Shown here: piece by piece, positions 9,549 to 20,500 of the stretch
Numbering within the stretch: position 1 is the stretch's first letter
Layout: the number at the start of each line of letters is the position of its first letter
Virus record (IMG/VR): IMGVR_UViG_3300027969_000097
Location: 734 to 64,733 of that record
Strand: one strand, 5' to 3'
Source: a virus
Taxonomy: Duplodnaviria > Caudoviricetes
DNA length: 64,000 bases
Notes under the pieces: generated by a model
The model's database searches: none
What the model was told of the DNA's origin: nothing
The model's input: the letters and a program-made list of their open reading frames with translations, nothing else
Position numbers and translations under genes: made by a program

Positions 9549-10523
9549 ATGGGACGTCCTTTACACAAGAAATTTTTTGGTGGTACCGACTTAGGTAACG
9601 TAGCTGGTGAATTTTTAAACACAATTACTACAGCTTCTGGTGCTAACAACTCATCAGGTTTTACTAACGGTTCAACCACACAAGTAACATTATCAGCACC
9701 ACAAATTGCTGGTGGTGTAACAGCAACAGTTACAGTACAAAGCGTAGCTGGAGCAATTTTACAATTAACAGCTGGTAACGGTAGCGGCACAACATTATCA
9801 GGTGCTGGTACAGCAGTAGCAGTAACACAAACATTTACTGGTTTGACACAAAAATCAACAAGCGGTTCTGGTACTGGTGCTGTGTTTACAGTAGCACGTA
9901 CTGGTGGTACTAGCTATGGCGCTAACACAACTATCACTTGTACCTCGGCAGGTTCTGGCTACGCTAACAGTGCCACAATCGTTATTGACGGCGCATTTTT
10001 AGGCGGTGTTACTTCAACAAACGATTTAACAATTACTTTAGGTACAGTAGCAACAGCTGGTCAAATTACTGGTTTAACAATTACCAATCCTGGTTCAGGT
10101 TACACAAGTGCTCCAACACCAACATACTCAACAGGTACAATTGGTACATTGGCATTTACATATACATTGTCTACAACACAACAAAACGCAATTCTGCCAC
10201 AAGCAGTTACAGTTGGTTCAACAAATCGTACAACTGGTAACGACATTATCAAACAAGTTTCAACACGTCGTTACAGAGTTCAAAGTCAAGACGGTACAGC
10301 AATTTGTACATTACAAACTGCTACTCCAAGTGCGGCCGGACAAATGATTATTGTTGCTACTGACTCTACAGCTTGTACATATTACGTTACCAAGTTAACA
10401 AAGAACAAAGCAACATTGACACGCTTTGGCGGTGGTTCATATGAATTTGCTGACGGCGCATCGGTTCCTTGGACTCTTGCTAGTCCAACAGCTAACGTTA
10501 ACGTTCAATTAGCTAATAACTAA
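9549..10523 (+). CDS. virion structural protein (possible head decoration), Thr/Gly-rich
   Basis: MGRPLHKKFFG start after AAGGAG, immediately after the capsid gene. Contains GSGYT repeat modules. Confidence 0.7.
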   Translation: MGRPLHKKFFGGTDLGNVAGEFLNTITTASGANNSSGFTNGSTTQVTLSAPQIAGGVTATVTVQSVAGAILQLTAGNGSGTTLSGAGTAVAVTQTFTGLTQKSTSGSGTGAVFTVARTGGTSYGANTTITCTSAGSGYANSATIVIDGAFLGGVTSTNDLTITLGTVATAGQITGLTITNPGSGYTSAPTPTYSTGTIGTLAFTYTLSTTQQNAILPQAVTVGSTNRTTGNDIIKQVSTRRYRVQSQDGTAICTLQTATPSAAGQMIIVATDSTACTYYVTKLTKNKATLTRFGGGSYEFADGASVPWTLASPTANVNVQLANN

Positions 10524-10528
10524 AAACT

Positions 10529-10554
10529 AACAGGGGAGCGCAAGCTCCCTGTTT
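10529..10554 (+). terminator. stem-loop with GCAA tetraloop (terminator or processing site)
   Basis: AACAGGG-GAGC-GCAA-GCTC-CCTGTTT. Short U tract abutting the next SD (AGGA). Confidence 0.6.
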
Positions 10555-10564
10555 AGGATAACTA

Positions 10565-11830
10565 ATGTCAAGAATAGTCAAAATAAGTAACGGAGACTAC
10601 AAAGTTGTTGTAGGATCTGCGGCCACACCTGCTAATATCACTTTGGATACTACAGGACAATCTGCAAATCCTTCCAGTTACGGTAGCGTAACTATCAAAG
10701 GAAATTTGGATGTGCAAGGCACAACAACGTATGTTGAGTCAACAAATAGTTATGTTAAAGATGTAATTTTTGAATTAAATTATGATCCTGCAGATGTTAA
10801 TTCAGGCATTAGTGCCCTAAACAATTATCGTGCAGGTATTCAAATCAACCGCGGCATATTATCAGCCGCCCAATTTATTTTTGATGAATCAGTCACACAC
10901 TATGATCCTAACTTAGGAACAAGTGCGCCAGGTTCATTTGTAGCACGTACCGCAGACGGAGCATTGACCAGTGTGCAATTGGCCGCAGTTGGTACTCAAG
11001 CAGGGTTTGATATTAACTTTGACTTGAACAACACCACTAACGTTTTAAGTATTGCTCGAGGCACTGCTACTGTGGGAAGTGTGCCTTATTATGCTCGTGT
11101 GACCCAAGACGATCATATTCCTAATAAGAAATATGTCACAAATTATGTAGCGGCTGGAGCATTTTTGCCAGGCGTTGCTGACGTTAATCAAATTTATTCA
11201 GGCGACACCACAGTTCGTGTGTTTGATTCAAGCGTAAGCGCAACACGAATTGCCACATTAACTAGTGCAAACATTTCTGGTGCAACTCCTGGAATATTAA
11301 CATTTACGCAATCAACAGGTGATTCAGTTCAGCCGGGTATGTTATTAAGCGGCGGCGGAGTTACTGCGGATACTTATATTGTTTCTGGAAGCGGACTTAC
11401 TTGGACTTTAAATAAAGCGGCCACAGGAAATCCAACCCAAGGTGTTTATACAGAACCATTTAGCCCATCAGACCCGAGCCCAGTAGCTGAAACAAGTCAA
11501 GTAGTCTTTACTGTAGATGGTATTATAAGATCTCAGTTAAATGCTAACGGATTTTATATTGATAATATAAAAATTAAAACTAATACAATTAAGAACTATG
11601 ACGGATCTAACGATTTAATTTTAGGTGCAAATAACGGTAATGTCCAAGTAGCGGCAACATTAACACTCAACAACCAAACTTTACCAACTTATACAACAGG
11701 TGGTACAAAAGTATACTCAAGCATTAGTCCAGGACCAGGAAAGTCGGGAATATTTTTTGTAAATAGTACAAACTATGCCGATGAGTTAGTGGCAAAGAAT
11801 CGAGCATTACTTTTAAGTATGATATTTTAA
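10565..11830 (+). CDS. virion structural/fibre protein
   Basis: ITLDT, VTIKGNLDVQGTTT fibre-like repeats, IPNKKYV, C-terminal ALLLSMIF. Confidence 0.7.
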   Translation: MSRIVKISNGDYKVVVGSAATPANITLDTTGQSANPSSYGSVTIKGNLDVQGTTTYVESTNSYVKDVIFELNYDPADVNSGISALNNYRAGIQINRGILSAAQFIFDESVTHYDPNLGTSAPGSFVARTADGALTSVQLAAVGTQAGFDINFDLNNTTNVLSIARGTATVGSVPYYARVTQDDHIPNKKYVTNYVAAGAFLPGVADVNQIYSGDTTVRVFDSSVSATRIATLTSANISGATPGILTFTQSTGDSVQPGMLLSGGGVTADTYIVSGSGLTWTLNKAATGNPTQGVYTEPFSPSDPSPVAETSQVVFTVDGIIRSQLNANGFYIDNIKIKTNTIKNYDGSNDLILGANNGNVQVAATLTLNNQTLPTYTTGGTKVYSSISPGPGKSGIFFVNSTNYADELVAKNRALLLSMIF

Positions 11831-11839
11831 GGACAAAAC

Positions 11840-12442
11840 ATGGCATTAACTTGTACAGCAATTAACGCGGCAAACACAGTATTATATACTAGTAGTGGCA
11901 ATACTGCCATTACCACTTTGATTGTTTCAAATGTAAACACATATAATCCCGCTACCCCAACAGTTGGCCAAAGCAATTTAAATTTATTCATAGTTCCTGG
12001 TGGCGGCACTCCAAACTTTGCCAACATGATTGTTAGCGCATTGCCATTACCGGCAGGTGAAACATTTACTTTTGACAATGAAAAAATTATTATGAGTAAT
12101 AATGATACGCTAGTAGCTACTAGTAGCGCACCTTCCGGAATTGCACCCAGCGCCGTTAGCTTAACAATCAGCAGTTATAATGCAAAAAGCGGAACTGGCC
12201 CATACCTTGTTACATTTAATATTCCAACAACGGCAAGTTTAGGAACTAGCGGCGGAGTTGGATTTTATTTTAGTATTATTGGTAACGGCAATGCTTTATA
12301 TAATGGCGTGTATGTATGTACAGCCAGTACAACCACTACAATACAATTAAGTTATACAGCTGATCCAGGAACATACGGTTCTGGAACTACTGTTATGAAT
12401 ATCAGTAGTCTTGTTTCTACTGTAAGTACATTGAGCGTATAA
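11840..12442 (+). CDS. small virion protein (family shared with 16576 and 36827) with inserted beta module
   Basis: LYTS..TAITTLIVSN...LPAGETFTFDNEKII core. Confidence 0.65.
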   Translation: MALTCTAINAANTVLYTSSGNTAITTLIVSNVNTYNPATPTVGQSNLNLFIVPGGGTPNFANMIVSALPLPAGETFTFDNEKIIMSNNDTLVATSSAPSGIAPSAVSLTISSYNAKSGTGPYLVTFNIPTTASLGTSGGVGFYFSIIGNGNALYNGVYVCTASTTTTIQLSYTADPGTYGSGTTVMNISSLVSTVSTLSV

Positions 12443-13596
12443 TGCGATTTTTAAGAAACATAAATCTTAATCCCAAAGCACCACACGATCAGCGACTGGT
12501 AATTACCAAAGCTGATGAAGTGCAGTTCAATACCCCGGGCAGTTTGAAATTACCCAGCGGCACCACAGCCCAACGTGCGGCCAGTCCCACTGCTGGCATG
12601 ATGCGTCTTAACACAGATACTAATCAAGTTGAAGTTTATCAAAGTTCGAGCTGGCGCAGTTTGCGTTACAAAGAAAGTGGAGCAATTGCTTTACAAAGTT
12701 TAGGCAACGGTGACGGCATTAGCACATTGTACGGCCCACTTAGCCCAGCGCCACCATCGGTTGTACAAAGCAGTTACACATGGACAGGTGCTAACTTAAT
12801 GATTTATGTTGAAAACGTATTTCAAATTTATAATACAAACTATTTGATTGCACAAAATCCAACAGTTAATGCCACAGCCAACACATTGGCCAATAGCGGA
12901 GCAACAAGTATAACATTAAACAGCGTTGCAGATATTATTGTAGGCTCGACAATTACAACAACCGCTCCAACTACAACTGTATCAACAACAGTCAATGCGT
13001 CTAATGCTACAGCTACCTATGTCAGCGGCGGCGTTGCAACTACAACTATGGTAGTCAGCAGTAAAGTTGGTACATTTGTTGACGGACAAGCCATTGTTAA
13101 TACTACTGGATTCCGTTCCGGACAATATATTGCTAGCGGATCTGCCACAACAAGTTTTGTACTTAATGCTGTGGCAAACAGCACCCCAAGTGGCACACTT
13201 ACATTTGCGGCATGGGGCGGCGGCACCAATTTAATTGTTGCTAGTACCACTAGTATTGTTGCAGGAATGTATGTAAACGGTATTGGATTTAACAGCGGCC
13301 AAACTGTTGTTAGTGCTAGTGGAGTTGTTGTTGTTCTTAGCGCACCGCCAGATTCAACGCCAACTGGAACTGTAATTTTTACAAGTAGCGCAAGTGGAAC
13401 AGTGTTTGCGGCCAGTACAACAGTAACCGCAGTTAATAGTTTTACCAACGTAATTACATTAAACCAAGCAACAACTGGCAATATTGCGGCTGGCAGAGAT
13501 ATAACAATGACCTTGCCCACAGGTTACTATGTTCGATTCACCGGCCCTGCGGCCGCAACCAAACCAATTACAGTCATCTCAGGTTTTGACAGTTAA
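12442..13596 (+). CDS. virion structural protein with LPSGTTAQR module
   Basis: LKLPSGTTAQRAASPTAGMMRLNTD..EVY...W, then VYVENVFQ...Y motif, with Thr-rich insertions. Confidence 0.7.
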   Translation: MRFLRNINLNPKAPHDQRLVITKADEVQFNTPGSLKLPSGTTAQRAASPTAGMMRLNTDTNQVEVYQSSSWRSLRYKESGAIALQSLGNGDGISTLYGPLSPAPPSVVQSSYTWTGANLMIYVENVFQIYNTNYLIAQNPTVNATANTLANSGATSITLNSVADIIVGSTITTTAPTTTVSTTVNASNATATYVSGGVATTTMVVSSKVGTFVDGQAIVNTTGFRSGQYIASGSATTSFVLNAVANSTPSGTLTFAAWGGGTNLIVASTTSIVAGMYVNGIGFNSGQTVVSASGVVVVLSAPPDSTPTGTVIFTSSASGTVFAASTTVTAVNSFTNVITLNQATTGNIAAGRDITMTLPTGYYVRFTGPAAATKPITVISGFDS

Positions 13597-13607
13597 AGGG
13601 GTAGCTA

Positions 13608-14732
13608 ATGGCCCTTGATCTAACGCCAGAATATGCACAAAGCCTAGGCCGTATTGGCGGACAACTACTGTCTGCTAACTTAGAGTTCCAAGGCGATGAT
13701 GTTCAGTTTGATACTGATTTATTATACCTAGACGTTGTTAATAAACGTATTGGTATCAATAATTATGGTACGAGTCCTAACGAACTTTACTTAGGAAATG
13801 TTACCGGCGACCAAGCATTATACACAACAGCATTAATAGTTGATGGTACAACTACTACTGATTCTAACTGGACTATTAGTACCAATAACATTCAATTATC
13901 TAGTGGCACACTATATCTAAGACCTAACCAAGCTGGCAGTCCAACAATTACAGCCAACGGCGTTGGCAGTGCAAATGTCAATATCACTGACAGATTAATT
14001 GCTACAAAAAATATAAATGAGAGCTTGTACTTAACTCCAGATAACGTTGGTATTGTTCAAGTTACTGGCAATATGCAAGTTACTGGAGTCAGTAGTTTAA
14101 CCTATGTAACTGGTAATGTGCTAGTAGATGGTAACTATATTGCAGGTAGTGTAATTAATTTAGGCGATGCTAGTAGTGATACTATCTCATTCACAGCCGA
14201 CGAAAATTCAGATTTGATTCCCAAAACCACCAACACATACAGCTTAGGTTCTGCAAGTAAACAATGGAATAATGTTTATGCACAACAGCTAGTCGGCACT
14301 GGAGTTACTACCACAAGTGCCACTGCTGGCGGTATAACCTTATCCGGTAACAGCATTTATAGTACCAATATCGCCAGTGATATTACTATTACTCCTTTGG
14401 GCACAGGCAATGTAACCTTCAACGGATTAACAGCATTTACTCAAAACAATATTAATAACAATACTGTTAGAATTTATAATGCTCCGTATTATTTGCTATC
14501 TACTGCTGACGGCTATGTAAACTTTGCTGGTACAAATGGTGTAGTTTTTCCAGTAGGAACCACAGCACAGCGAAATACTGTAACCACAGGTACTACCCGT
14601 TATAATACAGATCTGGGATTTTTAGAAATCTACAACGGCACCAGTTGGCAAAATTCCAACGGCAATATTCCACTTGCAACTACCGCAGACATCAACGATA
14701 GTTCTATCATTTACGACCTTATACTAGGTTAA
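13608..14732 (+). CDS. tail-fibre-like virion protein
   Basis: LGRIGGQLL..NL...LYLDV.NKRIGIN N-terminus, YSLGS..KQW repeat, C-terminal PVGTTAQR module. Paralogous to 14854. Confidence 0.7.
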   Translation: MALDLTPEYAQSLGRIGGQLLSANLEFQGDDVQFDTDLLYLDVVNKRIGINNYGTSPNELYLGNVTGDQALYTTALIVDGTTTTDSNWTISTNNIQLSSGTLYLRPNQAGSPTITANGVGSANVNITDRLIATKNINESLYLTPDNVGIVQVTGNMQVTGVSSLTYVTGNVLVDGNYIAGSVINLGDASSDTISFTADENSDLIPKTTNTYSLGSASKQWNNVYAQQLVGTGVTTTSATAGGITLSGNSIYSTNIASDITITPLGTGNVTFNGLTAFTQNNINNNTVRIYNAPYYLLSTADGYVNFAGTNGVVFPVGTTAQRNTVTTGTTRYNTDLGFLEIYNGTSWQNSNGNIPLATTADINDSSIIYDLILG

Positions 14733-14744
14733 AAACTCCAAACC

Positions 14745-14853
14745 GCTAAATACTATTACTGTAAGAACTGACCAAGTTTTTACGATACTCAACAGCGAGG
14801 CCCGCTATGCAAGGTGGCTATATCCGTGAAATTCGGTGGTAAAGGAGAGGCAG
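14745..14853 (+). promoter_or_regulatory. late promoter GCTAAATA plus about 100-nt structured leader
   Basis: GCTAAATA 14745-14752. Stem GTAAGAACT/AGTTTTTAC 14761-14783, small stems 14794-14806 and 14824-14836. AAGGAG RBS. Confidence 0.5.
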
Positions 14854-16572
14854 ATGGCCCTTGGTCGAATTAGTGGTCCGCTCTTAAAATCGAATCTACT
14901 TCGTAACGGTGTAGACTTGGCTTTTGAGACGAATCTATTATACTTGGATGTATCAAATCGCCGCATTGGTATTAATACCAGTTCTCCTTCACACGATTTA
15001 CAAGTTAACGGCACCACAAGAACCACTACATTGAATGTCAGCGGTTCAAGCACGTTGGGCTTGATCAACTTTACCAGCAGTGCCATTACCAGTTCAAGCA
15101 ATCAAATTACTTTGACTGCTGGCGGGTCTAATCCAGTTGTGTATCAGGGAATTTTACAAGTTGGCAGTTTGCAACTTACTGCAAATACACTTAGTACAAC
15201 TAGTGGCAATCAAAATATTTCACTTACTACCACAGGCACCGGTGCTGTTATAGTAAACAACAATTTAACTGTAACTGGAAATTTATATACCCAAGGCAAC
15301 TTGACCGTTGACGGCACTGTCACTATCAAAGGCAATATTACAATTGGTGATCAAACTACTGATACTGTGGCAATTACCGCGGGTATCAGTAGTGATTTGA
15401 TACCAGCAACAACCGCAACTTACAATTTAGGTAGCAGTGCATCCAGCCTATACTGGAACAATATCTACGCAACCAACAGTTACTTCACCAGTTTCAATGT
15501 TACAAACTTTCAAACCAGCAACTTGGTTTTTAGTGCAAATACTATCACGGACACTGTTAATAATGCAGATATTAACTTTGCCACAACTGGTGTTGGCGGA
15601 ATCATTATCGGTAACGTTAAAGTTAATGCTAACAACATTACCAATACTGTTTCTAATGCGGTAACTACATTTAATCAAACAACTGGTACTGCCAGCTTTA
15701 CTGGATCAATAGCAAATGCTACAGCAGTAACATTTACTGGCAGTATTAGCGGATCGACGTTAACAGTTACTAGCGCACCTACTGGCGCAGGACTAGTAGT
15801 AGGACAAAGTTTAAGCGGCGGCACAATACTAGCAGGCACTTATATTGTTGCTAATTTAACTGGTACTGGAACAAGTGCAAGCAGTACTTGGACTATTAAT
15901 AATTATTTTACACAAGCTAGTATAACAATTACAGCACAATTGGCAACATTAATAGTTACAGCAGTTACTACTAGTCCAATTAATTCTGGGATGATATTAA
16001 GTGGTAGCGGAGTTACTACCAATACTGTAATTATTAGCCAAAATACAGCAACAACAAGTGCCGTAGCAAGCCCAACATTTGCAAGTGGAGGAGCTCCAAG
16101 TTCATATAGTTTTGTAGTTAGTTCTGGCACTAGCATTGTAAAAAATCAATTTGTAAGCGGCACAGGCATTCCGAGTAACACATTTGTAAGCAGTGTTGCT
16201 GGTACAACTGTTATATTGACCAAAGCATTTACAACTCAAGCGTCTGGCACATATAATTTTTACACACCGGGCACACAAGGTACATACTATGTGAGTCCAG
16301 CACAAACAGCAAGTTCAACTGTTATAACAGGAACTGTAACTGGATATGTTTATATTGGCGGAACCAACGGCGTTGTTATTCCAGCAGGCACGACTGGACA
16401 ACGTCCAGGTAGTCCAGCAACAGGAATGATTAGATTCAATACTGATATTTCCAGTCAAGCTGTTGAAGTTTATACAGGTAGCCAGTGGGCAGGTGTTGCT
16501 GGTGTTGCCGCAGGTATCACAGTCAATCAAGCAACAGACACTGCCGCTCAATGGGCATTGGCATTAGGATAA
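14854..16572 (+). CDS. tail-fibre-like virion protein
   Basis: MALGRISGPLLKSNLLR...RIGINTSSP, fibre repeats, C-terminal PAGTTGQRP module and WALALG. Start at ATG 14854. Confidence 0.75.
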   Translation: MALGRISGPLLKSNLLRNGVDLAFETNLLYLDVSNRRIGINTSSPSHDLQVNGTTRTTTLNVSGSSTLGLINFTSSAITSSSNQITLTAGGSNPVVYQGILQVGSLQLTANTLSTTSGNQNISLTTTGTGAVIVNNNLTVTGNLYTQGNLTVDGTVTIKGNITIGDQTTDTVAITAGISSDLIPATTATYNLGSSASSLYWNNIYATNSYFTSFNVTNFQTSNLVFSANTITDTVNNADINFATTGVGGIIIGNVKVNANNITNTVSNAVTTFNQTTGTASFTGSIANATAVTFTGSISGSTLTVTSAPTGAGLVVGQSLSGGTILAGTYIVANLTGTGTSASSTWTINNYFTQASITITAQLATLIVTAVTTSPINSGMILSGSGVTTNTVIISQNTATTSAVASPTFASGGAPSSYSFVVSSGTSIVKNQFVSGTGIPSNTFVSSVAGTTVILTKAFTTQASGTYNFYTPGTQGTYYVSPAQTASSTVITGTVTGYVYIGGTNGVVIPAGTTGQRPGSPATGMIRFNTDISSQAVEVYTGSQWAGVAGVAAGITVNQATDTAAQWALALG

Positions 16573-16575
16573 ATT

Positions 16576-17130
16576 ATGGCAACCACATTTAAAAACGTAT
16601 TAAGTGCAAGTTTAGGAACAAGTGAAACAATTTTGTATACAGCGGCCGGTAACGTGCGTGTTACAGTGTTGGGTATCAGTTTGGCAAATTTAACACCTGG
16701 GTTTGTTACAGCTAGTATTAAGATAACAGATCCAACACCAAGCGGAACTTTTACAGCCAATCAAAGCACTGTGACTAATCCAACTGTACTTACTAACGTA
16801 AGCACATTTAACAATATCAGTGTTGGCGCCGCTCTTACCGGTGCAAATATTGCCAGCAATACCACTGTGTCATCGTTTGATCCTGTGGCAAAAACAATTA
16901 CTATGAACAATGCGGCTTTATTAACCGCAACTGCAAATACGATAACATTTGTTGCCACAGTTGCAGTATCAACTTATTATATTAACACAGTGGTTATACC
17001 ACCAAATCAAAGTTTACGTGTTATCAACGGCGGGGAGCGTTTAGTTTTAGGATCATCAAACAGTTTATCAATTGTAACAAACACAGCGGCCAGTTGCGAT
17101 GCTATTGTTAGTTTAGTTGAAATCGTTTAA
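16576..17130 (+). CDS. small virion protein (MATTFKN family) with inserted module
   Basis: MATTFKN...LYT...IPPNQSLRVINGGERLVL...DAIVSLVEI core. Confidence 0.7.
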   Translation: MATTFKNVLSASLGTSETILYTAAGNVRVTVLGISLANLTPGFVTASIKITDPTPSGTFTANQSTVTNPTVLTNVSTFNNISVGAALTGANIASNTTVSSFDPVAKTITMNNAALLTATANTITFVATVAVSTYYINTVVIPPNQSLRVINGGERLVLGSSNSLSIVTNTAASCDAIVSLVEIV

Positions 17131-17141
17131 GGAATATTATT

Positions 17142-17513
17142 ATGTCAGAACATTATGTTGGCAGTGTAGGACTAGGAGACTTATTAGGAGAAGGACAAAG
17201 CCGATTCTTCTACGGTCTGAGAAGAACAGAAGACGGTACTTTATTTTTTGCTAAAGTAGATCAATTAACTAGCACGGATACTGTCACAGTCAACGTTGCT
17301 GGATCTAATGCAAATAACTTTGAAGATTTTGAATACGGCGTGGATTATTTTGACGGACGTAGTGCAAGTGACCATAGCCGTCCTTATCCAAATTTATATT
17401 ATGATCAATATCGTTGGGATAATAAAAACGTTTATTATTACATTAACACAAACGGGGAACTTGTAGTGAGAGTTAACCAAGCATATACATACTCAGCGGC
17501 GCAGATCGTTTAA
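17142..17513 (+). CDS. hypothetical protein in the virion structural operon
   Basis: 123 aa with FFYGLRRTEDG and YDQYRWD. AAGGA RBS. Confidence 0.7.
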   Translation: MSEHYVGSVGLGDLLGEGQSRFFYGLRRTEDGTLFFAKVDQLTSTDTVTVNVAGSNANNFEDFEYGVDYFDGRSASDHSRPYPNLYYDQYRWDNKNVYYYINTNGELVVRVNQAYTYSAAQIV

Positions 17514-17527
17514 TAGGAATATAGAAA

Positions 17528-20500
17528 ATGGCGGCAGAATTTAAAATTAATAGATTACGTTTTACATGGGCAGGCCCTTGGACAGCCAGCACATTTTATA
17601 ATCGCGATGCGGTTGTAAGCTACAATGGTAAAACGTATGTTTGTCTAGTTCCTAATACATCAAGCAACAGTTTTAATGCTGATTTAAACTACACTACGCC
17701 TGGCGGCGCAAGTACTCCATACTGGGGACTAGTAGTTGACGGCCGCGTTTGGAAACAAGCATGGACAGCAAGTACCTATTACTTTACCGGTAACATTGTT
17801 ACTTACGGTGGTACTGTTTATAATTGTATTACACAACATACTAGTACAATTTCATTTGATGCAACCAAGTGGACAACAATCAGCCAAAGTTCTGCATGGA
17901 GAACTAATTGGACAACTAATACAAATTATGGTATTGGCGATGTTGTCAAATACGGCGGCATTGTATATCAATGTAATACACTCCATACATCTGCATCTAC
18001 AACTATACTTGGATTAGAAAATCTTGGAATCGATCTTCCTAAGTGGACCATTATTAATAAAGGTCTTGATTATAAAGGTGCATGGGTATCAAATGCAAGA
18101 TACAAAGCACAAGATATTGTAAAAGTAGGCCCGGATCTTTATCTAGCCAATGTTGGTCATTCTGCGATGACATTCAATTCAAGTGCAGAATGGACTTTGT
18201 GGGTACCTGGAATTGAATTTGCAGGTACTTGGGATAGTGCAACTGTATATCAAACAGGTGATACCGCATCCTACGGCGGATACGCTTATGTAAGTGCAAC
18301 ACAAAACAATACTAATAATATTCCATCTGTTGATGCAGTTGATTGGGTGTTATTAACATTGGGTTATACTATAGGCGGTGAATGGTCAAACGGACTGCCT
18401 GCTAAAATTGGAACAATCGTAACACGCGGTGGCCGGTTATATGTAGCAATTGCCGATAATCTTTCAGAAGATCCTACTGCAATATCATTATCTACAACAT
18501 ATACAGCTAGCGGTAGTAGCGGTACTACTATTAAAGTTGCAAGTTCAACAGGTGTACAACCTGGCATGAATGTAATTGGTGTTGGATTTACGCTAGGCCA
18601 ATCTGTTTCTCGAGTAGTTAACAGCACAACAATAGTACTTGATAGAAGTCCTGACGGCACAGTTATTGACGCACAGTCTTTAACATTTGTTGGAGTAAAC
18701 TATACATATTGGCAAATGGTAGTTCCAGGATCAACTTGGAATAATCGTTGGACCGTTGGAACTGAATACACTCTTGGAAATATAGTAGTATGGAAAAACG
18801 GCACTTATAGATGTATACAAAGACATACAGCTTCGGCAGTATCTAATCGTCCCGATGTTGATGTAATGAACAGTTACTGGTCCCTTGTTGTTGCACATCA
18901 CAGAAAAAATGCATCTACAACTACAGGCGATATTGAAATATATAACGGAACAACCGGCGCTTACGATGTATTACCCATTGGAACCAACAGTTATACTTTA
19001 AGAAGCACAAGTGGAAATCCTACATGGAGTCACTTAAATGCTATCAATGCGGTATATTATGTTGCACCATCAGGAACAGATAGTTCATCATCAGGCTGGG
19101 GGCAAACTTGGGACAAACCTTGGAAGAGTATTAAATTTGCCTGCGATTATATCGAATCTGGAACTTATAACCCACTTGCCAAAATTGCATTAACTAACGC
19201 TAAAGAATGGCTTGCTCAAGAAATTTACAATTTCTGTTTGTATAATAAAAATAACAATATTGCACCATTTACATCTAGCTCGGTATTTGATGCAGACAAG
19301 ACAAAACGCGATGTTCGTTTGATAGTTGATGCAGTAGTGTATGATATTAGTCGTGGCGGAAATAGTCAAACCGTGGCCGCAACATTATCATATTTTAAAA
19401 CTGGCTCAGCAGATCAATTGCTCAATGCAGGTATCACAAGTCAAATTACATATTTTGTATCAGCATACACATATTTGCGAAGTTTGATTATTTCAAATGC
19501 ATTTACTGGTACTGCGCCTGCATTAAACTATCAAGTCTTAAATAGCCAAAGTACAATAGTTAGCCAACCAGCACTAGGTGGAAGTAGTGTCGAAGCTCAA
19601 GCAGTAGTTGATACTACTACGCTATTGACTATTTTAATTGATGCACTAACAAATGTAAACACTACTAAAGTGCCAGCCGCAAACTCAGGTGCCACAGCTA
19701 CAGTTATGGTCAAGACTGGTACATATTCAGAAACATTGCCCATTGTTGTACCTGCTAACGTTGCTATCAACGGTGACGAATTGCGTGGCGCAGTGGTACA
19801 ACCTGCAACAATTTATAATGGAATTATAAAAGGTACAACTATTTCAGAAACTGTTGGGGAAGGAATTTCTTCTGCAACATTAAGTACAATCACAGCATTA
19901 TCAACAGCTAATTTAGTAATAGGAGAACCAATTCAATTTGGAACAACTACCGGTAACATTGCCGCATTTACCACTTATTACATCCACGGTGTTTGGAGCA
20001 ATACTAAATTTAGTATTAAGACAACTGCCACAGGAAATACAGCACTAACATTAACTACTACTGCATTAGGTTTATCAATCGTAGCGTATGGTGGTCAGGC
20101 ATTACGTGATATGTTCCGCTTACGAAACGGTAGCGGATTACGTAATTTGACCGTAACTGGATTGCTAGGTTTCTTGGGTAACACAAATGTAAACGGTACA
20201 GCTAGACCAACAGGCGGCTCATTTGCGTGTTTAGATCCTGGAACAGGAGTAGACGATACCAAGACTTGGATTGTTCGTCGTAGCCCATACATACAAAACG
20301 TTACCACGTTTGGTTATGGTTGTACCGGTATGAAAATCGACGGCGCACTACATAATGGCGGTAACAAGTCGATGGTAGCCAACGATTTTACACAAATTAT
20401 TAGCAAAGGCATTGGTGTTTGGTGTACCGGCGCAGGCGCATTGACTGAAATTGTTTCGGTGTTTGCGTATTACGGATATTGCGGTTACTTTGCTGAAGAT

